A stretch of 32,000 bases of DNA from Methanococcus maripaludis (GTDB lineage Archaea > AGJL01 > Methanococci > Methanococcales > Methanococcaceae): the NCBI RefSeq assembly GCF_002945325.1, contig NZ_CP026606.1:840001-872000 (forward strand). Reading direction: 5' to 3'. Shown in pieces: positions 28,793 to 32,000 of this stretch (positions within the stretch are counted from its first letter, which is position 1; the number at the start of each line of letters is the position of its first letter). The notes under the pieces were generated by a model. The model had not been told where the DNA came from, did no database searches, and saw only the letters and a program-made list of their open reading frames with translations. Both the position numbers and the translations under genes were made by a program.

Positions 28793-30199
28793 ATGGATAT
28801 AATCGTAGTTGGTGGCGGAACATCGGGTCTTCTTTCAGCACTTGCGCTTGAAAAAGAAGGACATAATGTAATAGTATTTGAAAAAGAAAGTTATGTTGGA
28901 GGTTTGTGCAGAAGTGAAAAAATTGATGGGTATTCGGTAGACATTGGGGTCCATGCAATTACCATGCTTGATAACGGACCATTAATCCGACTTTTAAATA
29001 AATATTCAAGATACCTTCCAAACTTCAGAAATTACGGGGATTACTACATAAGAACGGATAAATTGCATAGAATACCTGTTTCAATGCACGAATGGATGAC
29101 CACACCTGTAATTCCAAATAAAGATAAAGTTTTGATTACTTCAAAGATTATGGATTTAATGACTATGGGTTTTACAAAAGATGCGTCGGTGTATGACTTT
29201 GTAAAAGAAATGGGCCTTAGCAATACATCTGTAGATTTTTTCAACACGATTGCATACTTTTTAAGTGGAGAAGACCTTGAAAATACGCCTCTTTGGAGAT
29301 TTTTTACAGGTGCAGGGTACATTCCAGAAGATGACATTTTACCATTTATATATAAGGATATGAAGATAAATCCACTTAAATCAACGCTTGTAAAGAAATT
29401 TGGAACTGAAAGGATTATTAACATCTTAAACGACGGATTTATAAGTTCCATAAAAAACGGGTCAAAAAAATACATCAATAAATTCATGACTGAGCACAGA
29501 TATTCAACACAAGGGTACCCTGTCGGAGGAGTTCAGTCCATCTGTAATTGTATAACTTATTCACTTACAACTGCTCAAATAAAAAACGAAGAAGTTAAAA
29601 AAATAACAAAAAACGGTAAAAAATACACCGTAAAAACTTCTGAAGGGGAATATACGTCAGATATTATCGTTTATTCTGCACCTGCAATTACGTTACCAAA
29701 AGTAGCCAAAATAAATAAAATTCAAAAAAACAAAGAAAAATTAAGCAACATCAAATTTACAAAATCGACAACTGTTTGGATCGGGGATGAAAAAAATTAT
29801 TTCCCGTATTTAGGTTCAGAGATCTGGATAGATAACCCTTGCTGGGCATCTACTGTTTCAAACTACGATGAAAGTCTTGCCCCAAAAGGAAAACATTTAA
29901 TGGGCTTTTCTTTTGTAAATTCAAAAAAAGAAGATGCTTTGAAAACTATTGAAAGTAAATTAAATTTAAATACTGACAAAGTCGACATGCTCTATGTTCA
30001 AGAAACGGTTCCAGAACAAGCTTCTTGTTCCATTGGACAGTTTTTCGTTTATCCGAAAATTGATGATACATTCTTTGTTGTTGGAACTGATTCTGATCCC
30101 AGAAGTATGGGTATAACAAGAGCCGCATATTCTGTTGAAGTCATGTTATCGGAATTTAAAAATATTTATGATACACAAAAAGAAACTGCTAAAAAATAA
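28793..30199 (+). CDS. FAD-dependent oxidoreductase (phytoene desaturase/protoporphyrinogen oxidase-like fold)
   Basis: MDIIVVGGGTSGLLSALALEKEGHNVIVFEKESYVGGLCRS GxGxxG dinucleotide motif; C-terminal FFVVGTDSDPRSMGITRAAYSVEV. Confidence 0.85.
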   Translation: MDIIVVGGGTSGLLSALALEKEGHNVIVFEKESYVGGLCRSEKIDGYSVDIGVHAITMLDNGPLIRLLNKYSRYLPNFRNYGDYYIRTDKLHRIPVSMHEWMTTPVIPNKDKVLITSKIMDLMTMGFTKDASVYDFVKEMGLSNTSVDFFNTIAYFLSGEDLENTPLWRFFTGAGYIPEDDILPFIYKDMKINPLKSTLVKKFGTERIINILNDGFISSIKNGSKKYINKFMTEHRYSTQGYPVGGVQSICNCITYSLTTAQIKNEEVKKITKNGKKYTVKTSEGEYTSDIIVYSAPAITLPKVAKINKIQKNKEKLSNIKFTKSTTVWIGDEKNYFPYLGSEIWIDNPCWASTVSNYDESLAPKGKHLMGFSFVNSKKEDALKTIESKLNLNTDKVDMLYVQETVPEQASCSIGQFFVYPKIDDTFFVVGTDSDPRSMGITRAAYSVEVMLSEFKNIYDTQKETAKK

Positions 30200-30230
30200 A
30201 TTATAAATTAAATTTAAATTGGTGAATTAT

Positions 30231-30788
30231 ATGAGCAAATTATTAGAAGAATCGTTGAAAACATGCCCTATTGTAAAAAGAGGAGAATACCACTATTTTA
30301 TACACCCCATATCTGATGGAGTTCCTCTTGTTGAACCAGAATTATTGAGAGATGTTTCTACGAGAGTTATTAAGATGATAGATACTGATGTTGATAAAAT
30401 AGTAACTGCGGAAGCCATGGGAATCCCAATTGTAACTGCCGTATCCATTGCAACAGATATTCCATATGTTATAATGAGAAAAAGAGAGTACTTGCTTGAA
30501 GGAGAAATTCCAGTTCACCAAGAAACTGGATACAGTAAAGGAGAACTCTACTTAAACGGTATAAATAAAGGGGATAAAGTTGTAATCCTTGATGACGTTA
30601 TATCAACAGGCGGAACCCTTGTTGCAATCATAAACGCTTTGAAAAGAGCTGGCGCAGATATCAAAGATGTTTTGTGTATAATCGATAGAGGAAACGGGCA
30701 AAACATCGTTGAAGAAAAAACCGGATACAAAGTAAAAACTATTGTAAAGATTGAAGTTGTTGACGGAAAAGTAAACATTTTAGAATAA
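30231..30788 (+). CDS. hpt: Hypoxanthine/purine phosphoribosyltransferase
   Basis: PRTase motif [21 protein letters not shown]; start at ATG 30231 with GGTGAATTAT. Confidence 0.88.
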   Translation: MSKLLEESLKTCPIVKRGEYHYFIHPISDGVPLVEPELLRDVSTRVIKMIDTDVDKIVTAEAMGIPIVTAVSIATDIPYVIMRKREYLLEGEIPVHQETGYSKGELYLNGINKGDKVVILDDVISTGGTLVAIINALKRAGADIKDVLCIIDRGNGQNIVEEKTGYKVKTIVKIEVVDGKVNILE

Positions 30789-30803
30789 TTTTCGGGTGAA
30801 ATT

Positions 30804-31412
30804 TTGGAAATAAACCCTTCAAAAATAGTATGTGCAGGATTAAATTACAAGAATCATGCAGAAGAACTTAAAATGAAGTTGCCAAAAGAGCCAGTTATAT
30901 TTTTAAAGCCTACTTCTTCAATAATTTATAACGAAGAAGCCGTCAAAATACCAAAAGCATCTGAAAGAGTAGATTACGAAGCTGAACTTGCAATTGTAAT
31001 TGGAAAAACGTGTAAATCTGTAAAAAAAGAAGATGCTAAAAATTACATAAAAGGATTTACAATATTAAACGATGTTACTGCACGAGACCTTCAGGAAAAA
31101 GACGGGCAGTGGACAAGAGCTAAATCTTTTGATACTTTTTGCCCAGTGGGTCCAAAAATAGTGTCTGGAATCGATGCAAATAACTTAAAAATACAGTTGA
31201 GAGTTAATGGAAAAATAAAACAGGATTCAAACACCAATAACATGATATTTAGTGTCGAAGAACTTGTTGAATTTGTTTCTTCGATAATGACACTTTACCC
31301 TGATGACATTATTTCAACAGGAACTCCTCCGGGGGTTGGAAAACTTGAAAAAGGAGATATTGTCGAAATTGAAATTGAAAACATTGGAATTTTGAAAAAT
31401 TTCGTTGAATAA
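30804..31412 (+). CDS. Fumarylacetoacetate hydrolase-family protein
   Basis: AGLNYKNHAEE, PVIFLKPTSSI, DYEAELAIVIGK, NDVTARDLQ, IISTGTPPGVG; TTG start with GGTGAA-ATT-TTG. Confidence 0.92.
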   Translation: MEINPSKIVCAGLNYKNHAEELKMKLPKEPVIFLKPTSSIIYNEEAVKIPKASERVDYEAELAIVIGKTCKSVKKEDAKNYIKGFTILNDVTARDLQEKDGQWTRAKSFDTFCPVGPKIVSGIDANNLKIQLRVNGKIKQDSNTNNMIFSVEELVEFVSSIMTLYPDDIISTGTPPGVGKLEKGDIVEIEIENIGILKNFVE

Positions 31413-31439
31413 ATTAATATTTTTTATTTTTGTGATAAT

Positions 31440-32000
31440 TTGAAAATCGGAATTGTTGTACACGGGCCTGAAATCATTGATTCAGGATTTGCAGAAAAAA
31501 TCTTTGCTATTTTAAAAAATTTAGATGAAAATATCAATTTACAGATAAAATTAGGGGGAACTATCGGGAGAGTTGCAGTAATTGACAGTTCTCTTGAAGA
31601 TATCATTGACATTTCTGAAAAGTTAGTTCCATCAAAATCGCTTAAAAAACTTGAAAATAATGATATATTAATTCTTTTAAACTACGGAAAATCAAAAATT
31701 ACTGGCCACACCTTCGGAAAAATTGTTGTTGAAAGATCAGGTGTTGAAAAACCAGTAATTCAGATTGAAAGGCCCGGAGAAACTGACGGAACGATAATTT
31801 TGTGGAATACTACAAAAGATAATGAAATTTTAGGAAAAATAGTAACTGAAATCTCAGATAAACTCGATTTGAACGTTGAAGAGTGTATCAGTAAGGGATT
31901 AAATTTCTGGGTTGAAGGAACTAAATCATTTAGAAAAATAAATGGGGTGGATATTAACGAGTCCATCATGTTAAACGGTATTATAATTGGACGAAGTAAC
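31440..32000 (+). CDS. Conserved archaeal protein (DUF2117-like), 3' truncated by the window
   Basis: Open from TTG 31440 to window end: (M)KIGIVVHGPEIIDSGFAEKIFAILKNLDENINLQIKLGGTIGRVAVIDSS...; TGTGAT-AAT-TTG. Absent from the track because there is no in-window stop. Family name is tentative. Confidence 0.65.
   Translation, partial: MKIGIVVHGPEIIDSGFAEKIFAILKNLDENINLQIKLGGTIGRVAVIDSSLEDIIDISEKLVPSKSLKKLENNDILILLNYGKSKITGHTFGKIVVERSGVEKPVIQIERPGETDGTIILWNTTKDNEILGKIVTEISDKLDLNVEECISKGLNFWVEGTKSFRKINGVDINESIMLNGIIIGRSN

Noticed and set aside
1-32000. CRISPR array, transposon, prophage or defence island
   Set aside because: No regularly spaced repeats, transposase, integrase, Cas, restriction-modification or toxin-antitoxin signatures noticed by eye.

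Overview
The window matches a Methanococcus maripaludis-type methanogen chromosome (AT-rich, GGTGA-type Shine-Dalgarno sites, methanogen-specific genes). It looks like ordinary, densely packed core genome. I see no CRISPR array, IS element, phage region, tRNA or rRNA. Supported content, left to right: CDC48/VCP ATPase (5' truncated), orphan protein, HD-domain phosphohydrolase, Mur-ligase-like CfbE, small membrane protein, FetB-like permease, RimK-type ATP-grasp ligase, M50 protease, a PadR / ABC ATPase / MATE / ABC-2 permease cluster, His-rich CfbA chelatase, Get3/ArsA ATPase, DUF116 protein, ComB, PaaK-type CoA ligase, a translation cluster (L39e, PP-loop protein, PDCD5-like protein, S19e, YhbY-like protein), methanogenesis marker 3, AksA, a 52-aa membrane microprotein, DASS permease, L40e, Tsr3, tRNA G10 methyltransferase, Acs, and a run of CfbC (NifH-like), FAD oxidoreductase, HPRT, FAH-family protein and an N-terminal fragment of a conserved protein. 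No clearly new system is proven. Best leads: a 22-bp perfect palindrome in front of the padR exporter cluster, a MATE gene inserted between two halves of an ABC exporter, a recurring SD-N3-TTG initiation module, a 9-bp inverted repeat in the cfbA leader, the FAD oxidoreductase next to cfbC, and small genes missing from the supplied ORF track.
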